A stretch of 64,000 nt of DNA from an uncultured bacterium (GTDB lineage: Bacteria > CSSED10-310 > CAZUFC01). The notes below the pieces were generated by a model. The model had not been told where the DNA came from. It ran no database searches and worked only from the letters and a program-made list of their open reading frames with translations. Position 1 is the stretch's first letter, and the number at the start of each line of letters is the position of its first letter. The position numbers and the translations under genes were made by a program. The stretch lies in assembly GCA_964619725.1 (NCBI GenBank), contig CAZUFC010000004.1, positions 64,001 to 128,000 on the forward strand. The letters are read 5' to 3'. Shown piece by piece: positions 18,051-29,169 of the stretch.

Positions 18051-20774
18051 ATGGATCGAATGATGAAAAAATGGGAAATTTCAAATAATTACGGTTTGCT
18101 GCAAAACGTCAAAAAAATGCGTCTGAAGAATGGCTTGCAAGTGATAACAAAAGAGGATTTTTCATCTCCTTTAGTCGCTGTTTTTTTGACTTATAACGTG
18201 GGATCGAAAGATGAAAAACCTGGCTTAACCGGTGTTTCGCATTTTATTGAACACATGATGTTCAAAGGAAGTAAAAATTTCAGACCGGGAGAGATCGACA
18301 GAATAACGCAGGAGTACGGCGGATACAATAATGCCATGACCTCGCCGGATTTCACGACTTATTTTTTCTCTTTCGTTTCTGACGGATGGAAAAAAGCCCT
18401 TGAAATCGAATCGGACAGAATGGTGAATTGCCTTTTCGATCCGTTGGAGTTTCAAAGAGAAAGGCGCGTCATAATTGAAGAGTCGCTTATGTACCGGAAC
18501 TATCCAGTAAATACGCTTTACGAAAAGGTACATCAAAAAGCGTTTCTTGAAAATCCGTACAGAAATCCCGTGATCGGCCAGCTTGGTGATCTGCAGAATC
18601 TTGAATACAAAGATTTGTTTGAATTCTACAGACAAAAATATGTCCCGTCGAACGCTCTAATGGTGGTCGCCGGAAATGCCCTTCATACTGAAATAATGGA
18701 GACTGCTGAAAAATATTTCGGCACGCTTCCTTCTGGAAATGTAAAAGAAACGAAATTTCCGCAGGAACCCGATCAAAATAGAGAGCGATGCGTTACCATT
18801 AAAAAAGATGTGCAGATTCCGATTATTCATCTGGCATACAAAGCGCCTCGAGCCTTCAGTGATGATTTTCCGGCTTTGACGCTTTTGTCTTTCATTTTCT
18901 CTGAGGGAAAAAGTTCTGTGTTGTCGAAGATGCTGATTGAGGAGAAACAATCGGCATCTTCATTATTTACTCAGTACAGGGCTTCCTATCTGGACTCTCT
19001 TTTTGACGTTGTAATTTCAATTCATCCGGAAATCGACTACAGAGAGGTGATCCGGGCTTTCGATGATACTGTAAGGACATTAGCTGTTGATTTAAAGGAT
19101 TCGATCGTGGAAAAGGCTAAACATCAGATGGAGGCTGATTTTGTAAAATCGCATGAAAGAATCGAAGATCAGGCCGCTATGCTCGGAGAATGGGAATTGC
19201 TGGGGGGCATTGAAAACATCCCGGATTTCATTAATCAATTAAAATCATTGACTGCCAGAGACATAAGGGCTGTTATACGCAAGTACTTCAAAAAGAAAAA
19301 CCGGGTACGAGGAGTTTTGTTGCCTGAGAAGGCATCTCACAGGAAAACCGTCAGAAAAAAAGGCCCCTTCCGTGGGATCGTTTCCTACCCGGCTGATTCT
19401 GTAACACTGGATTCCCAAAAGAAAATTCAAGTTAAAAATGAAACGCCAGTCTCCTTTAATAACTTCCGAAAATTCAAAATTCTCAAACCGGATCAATTTA
19501 CCCTTGATAACGGGTTAAAAGTCGTTACGCTGCATAGACCTGCCCTGCCGCTCATTACTTTAAAATTGCTCATGAATTTCGGCTCAGTCCTGGAACCCGA
19601 CGACAAATCGGGACTGGCCTATATGACTGCACGGATGTTAAAAGAGGGAACGATAAACAGGAATGCAATGGAAACTGCCGAAGCTCTGGAAAGAGTGGGC
19701 GCCGATTTAAGCGCTCGCTCCGGCGCTCTGACTACACAAATTTCCCTTGAATCTCTTTCCAAGGATTTTGAATTAGGAATTGAAATTATCCTGGATATTT
19801 TACAGAATCCTGTTTTTGATGAAGATGAACTGATTCACGAAAAGCAACTGGTTACAGACTCGATTAAAGGCAAGTTGGATTCTCCCAAGCATGTGGCATC
19901 TAGCTGGTTCAGAAGGCTTATTTATAGAGGTCATCCTCTAAGCAGAGCGGTCGAAGGAGAAATTCAAACCGTCGAAGGCCTGACGAAATCAGATTTGATT
20001 GAATTTCATTCAACTTTTTACAGACCCGACAATGCCTTTCTCGTGATTGTCGGAAACCTGGATAAAGGAAAGGAATATATTAATTTATTAAAAAAACTCG
20101 AATCCTGGACCGCTTCCGGGGTTACTGCCGCTCCGCCGCCCGAAGTCAGGACGGAAAGGAATTCATCCATCAAATGCATCGAAATGGATAAGGAGCAATT
20201 AAATATTTTCATGGGGCATCTGGGTATAAAAAGGAATTCACCTTATTACACTCCTTTGTTTTTAATGGACAACATACTCGGCTGGTCTTCGGGGCTGACC
20301 GACAGAATAAATTCCAGGCTAAGAGAAACTGAAGGGCTGGCGTATGATGTCTACTCCCACATTACGGTTACCGCTTCAAAAGCGCCGGGAGTGTTTCAGG
20401 CTTTTATCGGCACATCTCCCGAAAATGCTTCAGTTGCAATAAAAGGAATAAAAGAAGAAATTCGAAATATCAGAAGAAATCCAGTCAATAATGATGAACT
20501 CACACGCGTAAAAAATTATAAGCTTGGGACTTATCTCACTAATTTTGAGACAAATGGGGACGTAGCCAATTATCTGCTCGACGTTCTTTATTATAATCGT
20601 TCATGGGATTACAGAATCCAGTTCGTGGAGCGCATGAAATCTGTGACTCCGGAAGAGATACAGGAAGCTGCGCAAATATGCCTGGACGAGGACAACCATG
20701 TTATAGTCATGGCAGGTCCGATTCCTCCGGAATTCAAAAATGAAGTACACCGGGACATCAATTTAGATATATAA
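18051..20774 (+). CDS. M16 (pitrilysin/insulinase) family zinc peptidase, fused two-module type
   Basis: HFIEH inverted zinc motif, NAMT, RLRETEGLAY; second module lacks HxxEH. Confidence 0.93.
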   Translation: MDRMMKKWEISNNYGLLQNVKKMRLKNGLQVITKEDFSSPLVAVFLTYNVGSKDEKPGLTGVSHFIEHMMFKGSKNFRPGEIDRITQEYGGYNNAMTSPDFTTYFFSFVSDGWKKALEIESDRMVNCLFDPLEFQRERRVIIEESLMYRNYPVNTLYEKVHQKAFLENPYRNPVIGQLGDLQNLEYKDLFEFYRQKYVPSNALMVVAGNALHTEIMETAEKYFGTLPSGNVKETKFPQEPDQNRERCVTIKKDVQIPIIHLAYKAPRAFSDDFPALTLLSFIFSEGKSSVLSKMLIEEKQSASSLFTQYRASYLDSLFDVVISIHPEIDYREVIRAFDDTVRTLAVDLKDSIVEKAKHQMEADFVKSHERIEDQAAMLGEWELLGGIENIPDFINQLKSLTARDIRAVIRKYFKKKNRVRGVLLPEKASHRKTVRKKGPFRGIVSYPADSVTLDSQKKIQVKNETPVSFNNFRKFKILKPDQFTLDNGLKVVTLHRPALPLITLKLLMNFGSVLEPDDKSGLAYMTARMLKEGTINRNAMETAEALERVGADLSARSGALTTQISLESLSKDFELGIEIILDILQNPVFDEDELIHEKQLVTDSIKGKLDSPKHVASSWFRRLIYRGHPLSRAVEGEIQTVEGLTKSDLIEFHSTFYRPDNAFLVIVGNLDKGKEYINLLKKLESWTASGVTAAPPPEVRTERNSSIKCIEMDKEQLNIFMGHLGIKRNSPYYTPLFLMDNILGWSSGLTDRINSRLRETEGLAYDVYSHITVTASKAPGVFQAFIGTSPENASVAIKGIKEEIRNIRRNPVNNDELTRVKNYKLGTYLTNFETNGDVANYLLDVLYYNRSWDYRIQFVERMKSVTPEEIQEAAQICLDEDNHVIVMAGPIPPEFKNEVHRDINLDI

Positions 20775-20791
20775 ATTTAAAGGAGAGAGAA

Positions 20792-21907
20792 TTGAAAACA
20801 GTCGTACCGTTTATCGATCTTAAGAGCCAGTATGAAACTTTAAAATCGGAAATATGGGACTCATGGCAAAAGATTCTGGAAAACACGGATTTCATATTAG
20901 GGGAAGAGGTAAAAAAATTCGAGGAGGAATTTTCGGAATATCTGGATATCGAAAGAGGAATAGGAGTCGCCTCCGGGACTGATGCAATACATTTAGCTTT
21001 AAGGGCAATGGGAATAGGGGAGAATGCCGAGGTCATTCTGCAAGCGAATACATTCATTGCCACGGCTTTTGCTGTTTCTCAGGCCGGAGCCGTTCCCGTA
21101 TTCGTCGATGTGAATCCGGAAACGCTTCAGATAGAACCGGATAGAGTAAAGGAGGCAATAAGCCCTCGAACGAAGGCGATAATACCGGTTCATCTCTTTG
21201 GCATGACGGCGCCGGTACAAGAAATATTAAACATCGCCGATCATTATGGTCTTTCTGTCATTGAAGATGCCTGTCAATCACATGGAGCGGAAATGAACGG
21301 TAAAAAAGCGGGTTCTTTCGCCCAGCTCGCCGCATTCAGTTTTTATCCGGGGAAAAACCTGGGAGCATACGGCGATGCGGGTTTCGTTGCCGTAAATGAC
21401 GGCGAATTGGGCAAACGTATAGAAATGTTAAGGAATTACGGCCAGGCGGAAAAGTTCAATCATCTGCATAAAGGGTTCAACAGCCGTTTGGATACGCTGC
21501 AGGCTGCTGTATTAAGAATCAAACTGAGGAGACTTGAAGAGTGGAATGTAAACAGAAGAAAAGTCGCTGATTATTATCGGGAACGCTTGAAAAATACGAA
21601 TGTAAAGCTGACCAAAGTTCCTGAAAATTGTACTCCCGTTTATCATTTGTACATCGTTCGAGTTTCTTCTCGAGACAAGATCAGGGAGGGGCTGAATGCA
21701 TCGGGAATTCAAACGGGGTTGCATTATCCGTGCCCGATACATCTGCAGCCGTGTTACAGTGAGCTGGGCTATAAAAAGGGTGATTTCCCTGTTGCGGAAG
21801 AAGCCGCCGAACAGATGATCTCTTTGCCTGTTTTTCCTGAAATGACTGAGGAGCAGGTTGATTATACAACGAGTAAATTGTTGGAATTAATTTCTGAAAC
21901 GGCATAA
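20792..21907 (+). CDS. DegT/DnrJ/EryC1/StrS nucleotide-sugar aminotransferase
   Basis: SGTDA, IEDACQSHG, FSFYPGKNLGAYGDAG, NSRLD. Confidence 0.94.
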   Translation: MKTVVPFIDLKSQYETLKSEIWDSWQKILENTDFILGEEVKKFEEEFSEYLDIERGIGVASGTDAIHLALRAMGIGENAEVILQANTFIATAFAVSQAGAVPVFVDVNPETLQIEPDRVKEAISPRTKAIIPVHLFGMTAPVQEILNIADHYGLSVIEDACQSHGAEMNGKKAGSFAQLAAFSFYPGKNLGAYGDAGFVAVNDGELGKRIEMLRNYGQAEKFNHLHKGFNSRLDTLQAAVLRIKLRRLEEWNVNRRKVADYYRERLKNTNVKLTKVPENCTPVYHLYIVRVSSRDKIREGLNASGIQTGLHYPCPIHLQPCYSELGYKKGDFPVAEEAAEQMISLPVFPEMTEEQVDYTTSKLLELISETA

Positions 21908-21918
21908 GAGGTGATGCA

Positions 21919-22938
21919 ATGATAAAAACCGCTATTATAGGATTGGGTCCCTGGGGATGTAATTATCTTAGAATATTCAGCAAATCATCTGCAGCCCGGT
22001 TGGTCGGCGTTGCTGATTTGCGCCCTGATCGTCTTGCCTGGGCCAGAGAAAATTATCCGGAAATTCCGGTTTATCAATCCAGCGATGATTTACTGGACAA
22101 GGAAAAAATTGATGCCGCCGTGATCTCTGTACAGGCTGAAGCTCATTATCCAATAATAAAAAAATCACTGGCGATGGGGCTGGATGTGCTTGCTGAAAAA
22201 CCCATGACCATAAAAACGGAACAGGCGAGGGAGTTGTTGAATCTGGCTGAGGAGAAAAATTCCATTCTCATGGTCGGTCATACCTTCATGTTCAATGACG
22301 CTGTTCGCAAAATGAAAGAATTTATTCAGAACGGAAGGATCGGAGATATTTATTACATGCATGCCGTAAGAACTCATCTCGGACCGATCAGAGAGGACGT
22401 CAATGCCGTTTGGGACCTGGCTGCTCATGATATTTCAATTTTTCATTACTTTCTGGATCATTTGCCGATAAGCGTGAGCGCTGTTGGAGAAGGTTTTCTG
22501 AAAAAGGAACGGGCGGATGTGGCCTTTATAACATTGAAGTATCCCGGGGGAGTCATTGGAAATATTCACGTCAGCTGGATCAATTCTAATAAAGTCCGTG
22601 AAGTCACTGTAGTGGGAAGCAAAGGTCGAATCGTCTTTGATGATTTGGATAATCTTGAAAAAATACGGATATTTGAGAAAGGAATATCAATCAATAAATC
22701 AGTGGACAATTTCGGCGAATTTCAGTATTTGTTGAGAGACGGGGACATTGTGAGTCCCAAGCTGGAGCTGAAAGAACCCTTGAAGAATCAATGTTCAGAA
22801 TTTATTCGAGCCGTTCAGAGCAGAAAGTCTCCTATTTCAGACGGTCGAATAGGGCTGATGGTGGTGGATGTGCTTCAGGCGGTCGAGGAATCGCTGAAAA
22901 ACGACGGTTGCCCTGTTGCTCCGAGCGTAACGCGCTGA
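21919..22938 (+). CDS. Gfo/Idh/MocA family oxidoreductase (nucleotide-sugar dehydrogenase)
   Basis: GLGPWG Rossmann motif, EKPM, VGH, DLAAHD. Confidence 0.9.
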   Translation: MIKTAIIGLGPWGCNYLRIFSKSSAARLVGVADLRPDRLAWARENYPEIPVYQSSDDLLDKEKIDAAVISVQAEAHYPIIKKSLAMGLDVLAEKPMTIKTEQARELLNLAEEKNSILMVGHTFMFNDAVRKMKEFIQNGRIGDIYYMHAVRTHLGPIREDVNAVWDLAAHDISIFHYFLDHLPISVSAVGEGFLKKERADVAFITLKYPGGVIGNIHVSWINSNKVREVTVVGSKGRIVFDDLDNLEKIRIFEKGISINKSVDNFGEFQYLLRDGDIVSPKLELKEPLKNQCSEFIRAVQSRKSPISDGRIGLMVVDVLQAVEESLKNDGCPVAPSVTR

Positions 22939-22941
22939 GGA

Positions 22942-24093
22942 ATGAAAGTAATGAGAGCCGAAAAAAGCGAATGGCCGGTTAATATTGACTGCCGGTGGTA
23001 TATAGGAGAAAAGCCCTGCAGATTCCAAAGGCATTGTCGGGATTGCCCTCATTATTCGCCTATGGGCCTCAGGATAGTCATAATCAAATTCGGAGCGATG
23101 GGAGATGCATTAAGAACTACGCCTATCCTCAGAGTAATCAGGGAAAAATATGATTCCGTGTATGTAACCTGGATTACCGATCAAATTTCTTCTCCCCTGC
23201 TTAAAAATAATCCTCTGATCGACAGGCTGCTGGTTCATAATCTTGAGACCAGTTTGCTGATGCAGGTTGAAACTTTCGATAAATTGTACAATTTCGACAA
23301 GGTTCCTGCAGCGCTCGCTCTAGCTGAAATTATCAACGCGAAGGAAAAATTGGGATTTAAACTGAGTTCTGTCGGCACACTGGATATTTACAATCCCGAT
23401 TCGGAGTATTCCTTGAGATTGGGTATTGATGATCCGTTGAAGTTTTACCAAAATGAAAAGACCTATCAGGAAATAATCTTTGAAATGGCGGGGATGAATT
23501 ATAATCGGGAGGAATACGTTTACGAATTATCGCAAGAGGATCGGCTTTACGCGGATGACTTCTTCAAAAGGCTTGGAATCTGTCCTGATGAGATGGTCAT
23601 TGGGTTTAATACTGGATGCGGACCGGTTTTCGCTACGAAAAAATGGACGGAATCCGGCTTTATCGAGCTGGCTAAAATGATAAAAGAGGATTTTGACGTT
23701 AAAATACTGGTTCTGGGCGGACCGGATGAAGCTGAGAGGAACGAAAGAATCTCATCAGCCGTACCTGAGCTGGTCATCAATGCGGGAACGAATCATCCTA
23801 TCAAAAAGTTTTCTGCCATCGTGGAAAAATGTGATCTGCTCATTACCGGCGACACCGTAGCCATGCATTTGGCCATCGCATTAAAAACCGATGTTATCGG
23901 ATTATTCGGTCCGACTTGTCCTCAGGAAATCGATCTTTATGGGAGAGGGGAGATACTTTTCACAGACTTCGAATGTGCTCCCTGTTATAAGAAAATATGT
24001 CATCATCACGTAAGTTGCATGGAAAATTTAACGGCAGAACAGGTATACAAAGCTGTGTTGAGAAATCTTTCAGCCAGGCGAAGAATTCGATAG
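22942..24093 (+). CDS. Glycosyltransferase family 9 (heptosyltransferase-like) with a Cys-rich N-terminus
   Basis: GAMGDALRTTP, KKW, LGGPDE, TGDTVAMHLA, LFGPT. Confidence 0.88.
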   Translation: MKVMRAEKSEWPVNIDCRWYIGEKPCRFQRHCRDCPHYSPMGLRIVIIKFGAMGDALRTTPILRVIREKYDSVYVTWITDQISSPLLKNNPLIDRLLVHNLETSLLMQVETFDKLYNFDKVPAALALAEIINAKEKLGFKLSSVGTLDIYNPDSEYSLRLGIDDPLKFYQNEKTYQEIIFEMAGMNYNREEYVYELSQEDRLYADDFFKRLGICPDEMVIGFNTGCGPVFATKKWTESGFIELAKMIKEDFDVKILVLGGPDEAERNERISSAVPELVINAGTNHPIKKFSAIVEKCDLLITGDTVAMHLAIALKTDVIGLFGPTCPQEIDLYGRGEILFTDFECAPCYKKICHHHVSCMENLTAEQVYKAVLRNLSARRRIR

Positions 24094-25559
24094 TGAGAGA
24101 TTTACCTGCAAACAACTGCCATAAATCAACTCATTCGGAATTTCTAAAACGTTACTATTCCAAAGTGATGGTATTGTTGCAGGTGATAATTGATTTTTCA
24201 GTATTTTTCATTTCTTTCTTTCTGGGCTATCATTTTTATCATCTCTTCGGCCTTTCTATAGGATTGGGGCAGGGTCCCCAACCTCTATCGCTTTATTTAA
24301 AATTATCCCTGATCGGCGCGTTTATCTTTCTGTTTATCTTCGAAAGATTCGGATTATACACTCTTCAATCCAGCATAATGAACATGGAGGAGATAAAGCG
24401 AATAATCAAGGCTGTGATAGTAGGAGCCATGCTTCTTTTCACGGTTCAGTTTTATTACCGCGACTGGACTTACTCTCGATTGATAATTTCTTACTCGCTG
24501 ATTTTCCTGACGATCCTGACGATTGCCGAAAGAGTGATCATATACAAATTGCAGCAGAAATCTTATGTGAAAGGGCGAGGCATACACAGGGTTCTTATTT
24601 ACGGCGCGGGAGAAATCGGACAGAGTTTAATGCGACGTTTGTATCAATCGCCTAAACTGGGAATGAAGGCGATCGGATTCATTGATGACGATCCTTCGAA
24701 GAAGAATATGGTCGTCAACGGCATGAAGGGAAGCCCTGAGACGAGTTTGAAAGTTCTGGGCGATTATGATGATCTGTGCAGGATAATTCGCGATCATGAA
24801 ATCGGCGAAGTTCTGATAGCAATGCCCTCAGCGTCGCCGAAAAAAATATATCAGATAATAAAAGTGTGTTCTGATCAGAAAGTGAAATTCAGTTTTGTAC
24901 CTAACCTTTTTGATCTCATGATTCAAAATGTGCAATTTGAAGAAATCGACGGAATACCGGTCCTTCGTTTAAAGGAAAGTCATACGAGTTACCTTTACAG
25001 AATCCTTAAGCGTACTTTCGATATTGTGTTTTCATGCACCATGCTGCTCCTGTTTTTGCCTTTTTTTCCCATTGTGGCGTATCTAATTGAGAAGGATTCG
25101 GAAGGTCCGATTTTCTTCAGACAAAAGCGTGTGGGAAAGGACGGAAAAATTTTCAACATCTACAAGCTGAGGACCATGAGATACGATTCGCCGAAATACA
25201 TGAAGACTCCTGAAGACCCGAATGATCCCCGCATAACAAGGATAGGCCGTTTTCTGAGGAGATTCAGCATTGATGAAATCCCTCAATTCATCAACGTATT
25301 GAAAGGGGATATGAGCGTGGTGGGACCAAGGCCGGAAATGCCCTTTGTCGTTGAATCTTATAACGCTGCCCAGATGCAGCGACTGAAAGTGCGTCCGGGC
25401 ATTACAGGAATCTGGCAGATAAGCGCAGATCGGGCTTCACCGATACACGAAAATATCGATTATGACACTTATTACGCGGAAAACCAGTCCCTGCTGCTGG
25501 ATTTCATCATAATCGTGTATACGATCGTATCAGCCATTCGCGGCATTGGAGCGGTTTGA
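24093..25559 (+). CDS. Undecaprenyl-phosphate hexose-1-phosphate transferase (WcaJ/WbaP family)
   Basis: Four N-terminal TM helices, GAGEIG domain, KRTFDI, KLRTM, DEIPQFINVLKGDMSVVGPRP; GTG start overlaps the upstream stop. Confidence 0.92.
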   Translation: MRDLPANNCHKSTHSEFLKRYYSKVMVLLQVIIDFSVFFISFFLGYHFYHLFGLSIGLGQGPQPLSLYLKLSLIGAFIFLFIFERFGLYTLQSSIMNMEEIKRIIKAVIVGAMLLFTVQFYYRDWTYSRLIISYSLIFLTILTIAERVIIYKLQQKSYVKGRGIHRVLIYGAGEIGQSLMRRLYQSPKLGMKAIGFIDDDPSKKNMVVNGMKGSPETSLKVLGDYDDLCRIIRDHEIGEVLIAMPSASPKKIYQIIKVCSDQKVKFSFVPNLFDLMIQNVQFEEIDGIPVLRLKESHTSYLYRILKRTFDIVFSCTMLLLFLPFFPIVAYLIEKDSEGPIFFRQKRVGKDGKIFNIYKLRTMRYDSPKYMKTPEDPNDPRITRIGRFLRRFSIDEIPQFINVLKGDMSVVGPRPEMPFVVESYNAAQMQRLKVRPGITGIWQISADRASPIHENIDYDTYYAENQSLLLDFIIIVYTIVSAIRGIGAV

Positions 25560-25633
25560 TACTAAAAAAGTTCTCGCTTGAATTAAACTTGTCGAACATT
25601 CAACGGCAAAGAAAAAACGACGAAAGTATTGCA

Positions 25634-26137
25634 ATGGCAGTAAATCAACATTTAACAACAATAAAAACGGATTCGCCGGCCCATACTATAGACCTGGGTC
25701 GATTCATCGGTTCGAAACTCGACGCCGGAGATCTGATCGCTTTATTCGGTGATCTGGGCAGCGGGAAGACATGCCTGATCCGGGGAATTTGTTATGGATT
25801 GGAAATAAGTGATGAGGAACATTTTTCGAGTCCCAGTTTTACTTTAATGAACAGATACGAAGGGCGTTTACCTATCTATCATTTTGACTTCTATCGACTT
25901 GCAGACGCGTCGGAAGTTTACGATACGGGTATAGAAGATTTCTTCGACGGTGAAGGAGTCGTACTCATAGAGTGGGCGGATCGATGTCTTGAAATGCTGC
26001 CTGAAGAACGCCTGGAAATATCTATTGAATTTGGTTCCTCGGATGATAGCGAAACAAGAATCTTCAGATTAAATGTTAAACACGAATCCCACGCTCCAAT
26101 AATAAGGGAATTGAGAGATGTTTATTCTGGGAATTGA
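25634..26137 (+). CDS. tsaE: t6A biosynthesis ATPase TsaE
   Basis: GDLGSGKT, SPSFTL, YHFDFYRL, IEWA. Confidence 0.95.
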   Translation: MAVNQHLTTIKTDSPAHTIDLGRFIGSKLDAGDLIALFGDLGSGKTCLIRGICYGLEISDEEHFSSPSFTLMNRYEGRLPIYHFDFYRLADASEVYDTGIEDFFDGEGVVLIEWADRCLEMLPEERLEISIEFGSSDDSETRIFRLNVKHESHAPIIRELRDVYSGN

Positions 26138-27101
26138 AACCTCTTGCGACGATACCTCGGCTGCGGTCGTAGAAGACGGCCGGATAATAAAATCAAACGT
26201 CATCTCGAATCAGACGCTTTTTCACAAAGAATACGGCGGCATAGTGCCTGAAATAGCATCAAGAAAACATATAGAGAACATATTGCCTGTCGTATATGCC
26301 GCTTTGAAGGATGCAAAAGTCAGAGCGGAAGATTTATCAGCAGTCGCTGTTACCTTTAAACCAGGATTGATAGGGTCTTTGATCGTGGGAGTCGCTGCTG
26401 CAAAATCCCTCTCCTATGCCTGGAAATTGCCCTTGATAGGCATTAATCATCTTGAAGCTCACTTGTATGCCAATTTTTTCGAGAAACTCAAGTATCCCGA
26501 ACAGCACCTGGCTTTGCTGGTTTCAGGAGGCCACACCATGTTGGTCCGAATAAATGATCAGGGGCAGTTCAGTATTGTGGGAGGAACGGTTGATGATGCT
26601 GCAGGAGAGGCTTTCGATAAGGCCGCAAAATTGCTTGGATTAGGATTTCCAGGCGGACCAATAATAGAATCGAAGGCAGCTAAAGGTGACCCGGAAAAAA
26701 TAGTATTTCCTCAACCAATGCGCGATAGCGGCGATTTCAACTTCAGTTTCAGCGGATTGAAAACAGCTCTGCGGAATTACCTTTTGAGGAATCCTGATTA
26801 CGATTTGGTCGATGTCTGTGCAGGCTTTCAGAAAAGCGTTGTTGAAATATTAACCTTTAAAACTTTTAGAGCCGTTCGGGACCTTCATTTCAAAACAGCA
26901 GCCATCGCAGGCGGAGTGGCAGCTAACGGCGCTCTGCGGTCAGCATTTGAAAGAGAGGGAAAAATACGGGAATGCAGAGTAGTTTATCCGTCTCCAAAAC
27001 TTTGCACGGATAATGCCGCAATGGTAGCCGGGCTGGCGTATCATAAACTTGCGGAAGGAATACGACATGATATGACCCTGAACGCTTATCCGTCATTTTA
27101 A
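26118..27101 (+). CDS. tsaD: tRNA N6-threonylcarbamoyltransferase TsaD
   Basis: LGIETSCDDT, GGIVPEIASRKH, HLEAH, SGGHT, GEAFDK, FSFSGLKT, TDNAAM. Confidence 0.97.
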   Translation: MFILGIETSCDDTSAAVVEDGRIIKSNVISNQTLFHKEYGGIVPEIASRKHIENILPVVYAALKDAKVRAEDLSAVAVTFKPGLIGSLIVGVAAAKSLSYAWKLPLIGINHLEAHLYANFFEKLKYPEQHLALLVSGGHTMLVRINDQGQFSIVGGTVDDAAGEAFDKAAKLLGLGFPGGPIIESKAAKGDPEKIVFPQPMRDSGDFNFSFSGLKTALRNYLLRNPDYDLVDVCAGFQKSVVEILTFKTFRAVRDLHFKTAAIAGGVAANGALRSAFEREGKIRECRVVYPSPKLCTDNAAMVAGLAYHKLAEGIRHDMTLNAYPSF

Positions 27102-27141
27102 ATTGAAGCATATCGTTAATGCTGAATAAAAAACTTCTGCG

Positions 27142-29169
27142 ATGAAGATTATATTAAAATTGATGATTTTCTTTTCGCTAATTCTTTTCTATTCCGTATC
27201 CTCCTTTATTTCATTTGCTGAGGGCGTCTCATCATATCTGCCGGATGATCTTTACAAAATATCGGAGCTTTCTCAGGGAAAATCGAAAATTCGCGCAGGA
27301 CAGGTTTCAAGTTTTGACCGCACGGGAGGAAATGATGATGGTTTCAGCGGGAAATATTCTTTTCTTCGAAGAGAAGGCGGAAAGTTGGTTTTAGCTGATC
27401 TGGAAGGTCCCGGCTGCATCACCAGAATCTGGACGCCCACATTACTGGATAGAAACATCGAATTTTATTTTAACGAAGCTGAAGAGGCCGCTTTAATCAT
27501 TCCATTCAGAAAACTGTTCGACGGTTCGTTTTTTCCTTTCATCTCTCCATCAGCGGAATCAGCATTGGGAGGTTACGTTTCTTATGTACCGATTCCGTTC
27601 AGCGAATCCTGCAAGGTTGCAATCGACAGCGAAAAAATGAATTTCTATCAGATAACGTATCATCAGTATGACGAACAACCCTTAGAATCATTTCCGTCGA
27701 TTCCCGACGAAGAATACAGGAAGCATCATCAGATGTTTGAACTGAAAACTCTTTCTGCGATGAAAGGTGAATTCAGGCACGCTCGATCTGAAACGAGAGA
27801 GATTCCTCAAATGCTGCTGGCCCCGGGTCAGAAAGCGACATTGTGGGAATGCCACGGAGCTTATAAGATATTGAATATTGAACTGGAGTCGTCTGATTAC
27901 GACGGCGGGGTATTGCGAGCTGTGATTTTGCGTATATTCTGGGACGGTTCGCCTTTGCCCGCAGTGGAAGTCCCGCTGGGTGACTTCTTCGGACAAGCTT
28001 TCGGCGAATCGGTTATTCAATCATATGTTATTTCTTCAAAGCCCGGGTTCCGATGTTCTTTTCCCATGCCTTTTAAAAAGAAGGCCGTTTTTGAGTTGGA
28101 TTACGAACAGAATTATCATGATCAGTTCGACAAGTTACTGGTCCTGTCAGGTGAGGTAGCCGTTCAACCGATAAATCCTGAACAGATGAAAAATGAGAAA
28201 TATTTCCATGCCGTCTGGAGGAGAGAGAATCCCACGACTAAGCATTTGCCTTATTCTATCCTCGATGTGGAAGGATCGGGGCATTTCGTCGGTTTTCAAC
28301 TGCAGTGCACGGGGAAAATACCGGGATTATTGGAATATTTCGAGGGCGACGAACGTATTTTCGTCGACGGAGAATTAGCCATTCATGGAACTGGATCGGA
28401 AGATTGCTTTAACGGAGGTTGGTATAATATCACCGGGCGTTGGGATCATCAGCAGAATTTGCCTTTGTACGGCTGCACACGCTTCGATCTCAGCGCTTCG
28501 CAAACCGGCGCCTATAGATGGTATATAGGCGATTTCGTCCCCTTCTCCAGGAGCTTTCGCATGGAAATCGAACACGGTCCCGTTAACAACAACATCTTAA
28601 CGGATTATTGCTCAACCGCATACTATTACGAAGCTTCTCCTGCTGGTAACGGCAAAAAAATACCTGGCCTGGATGAAAGATCAATCATGGCGCCTGATTT
28701 GTTGGTTTTCGAAGGAGAACAATTGCCGATACCCCAATGGTCTTTCACAGGGCCCCCCGTCGACAAACCCGCGGTCGACAAAGAAAAATGGAGCCAGGCA
28801 AGATATTTGCGATTAAAAGGCGACGGCAAATGCCCCTTAGGTTATGAATACATTATGACCGTCGTTGAAATCGAAAAGGAAGACGATTATGAAGTCCAAA
28901 TATTTTATGCTGCAGGACAGGAATTCGGTTCCGTGCAGCTCTTCCTCGACGGATTTGCCTTCGGCCCCAAAATAAACTGTTTCTCTGAAAAATTTCAAAG
29001 AAAAGGTCCCATTTCTTTGGGCATCAAACATTTTCAAAAAGGTAATCACATTTTTGAATTCAGAATCTTTTCAGAGAATAAAGAAATCGGGAAACATCAC
29101 TTCGGTTTGGATAAAATAGAATTCAAACGTCTGCGCCACAGATTGCTGAACGATCCTAAGAAAAAATAA
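27142..29169 (+). CDS. Secreted DUF2961 / GH172-like glycoside hydrolase with a C-terminal beta-sandwich (CBM-like) domain
   Basis: Signal peptide, SSFDRTGGNDD, GPGCITRIW, PLGDFFG, FPMPF, EGDE...GTGSEDCFNGGW, IEHG. Confidence 0.82.
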   Translation: MKIILKLMIFFSLILFYSVSSFISFAEGVSSYLPDDLYKISELSQGKSKIRAGQVSSFDRTGGNDDGFSGKYSFLRREGGKLVLADLEGPGCITRIWTPTLLDRNIEFYFNEAEEAALIIPFRKLFDGSFFPFISPSAESALGGYVSYVPIPFSESCKVAIDSEKMNFYQITYHQYDEQPLESFPSIPDEEYRKHHQMFELKTLSAMKGEFRHARSETREIPQMLLAPGQKATLWECHGAYKILNIELESSDYDGGVLRAVILRIFWDGSPLPAVEVPLGDFFGQAFGESVIQSYVISSKPGFRCSFPMPFKKKAVFELDYEQNYHDQFDKLLVLSGEVAVQPINPEQMKNEKYFHAVWRRENPTTKHLPYSILDVEGSGHFVGFQLQCTGKIPGLLEYFEGDERIFVDGELAIHGTGSEDCFNGGWYNITGRWDHQQNLPLYGCTRFDLSASQTGAYRWYIGDFVPFSRSFRMEIEHGPVNNNILTDYCSTAYYYEASPAGNGKKIPGLDERSIMAPDLLVFEGEQLPIPQWSFTGPPVDKPAVDKEKWSQARYLRLKGDGKCPLGYEYIMTVVEIEKEDDYEVQIFYAAGQEFGSVQLFLDGFAFGPKINCFSEKFQRKGPISLGIKHFQKGNHIFEFRIFSENKEIGKHHFGLDKIEFKRLRHRLLNDPKKK

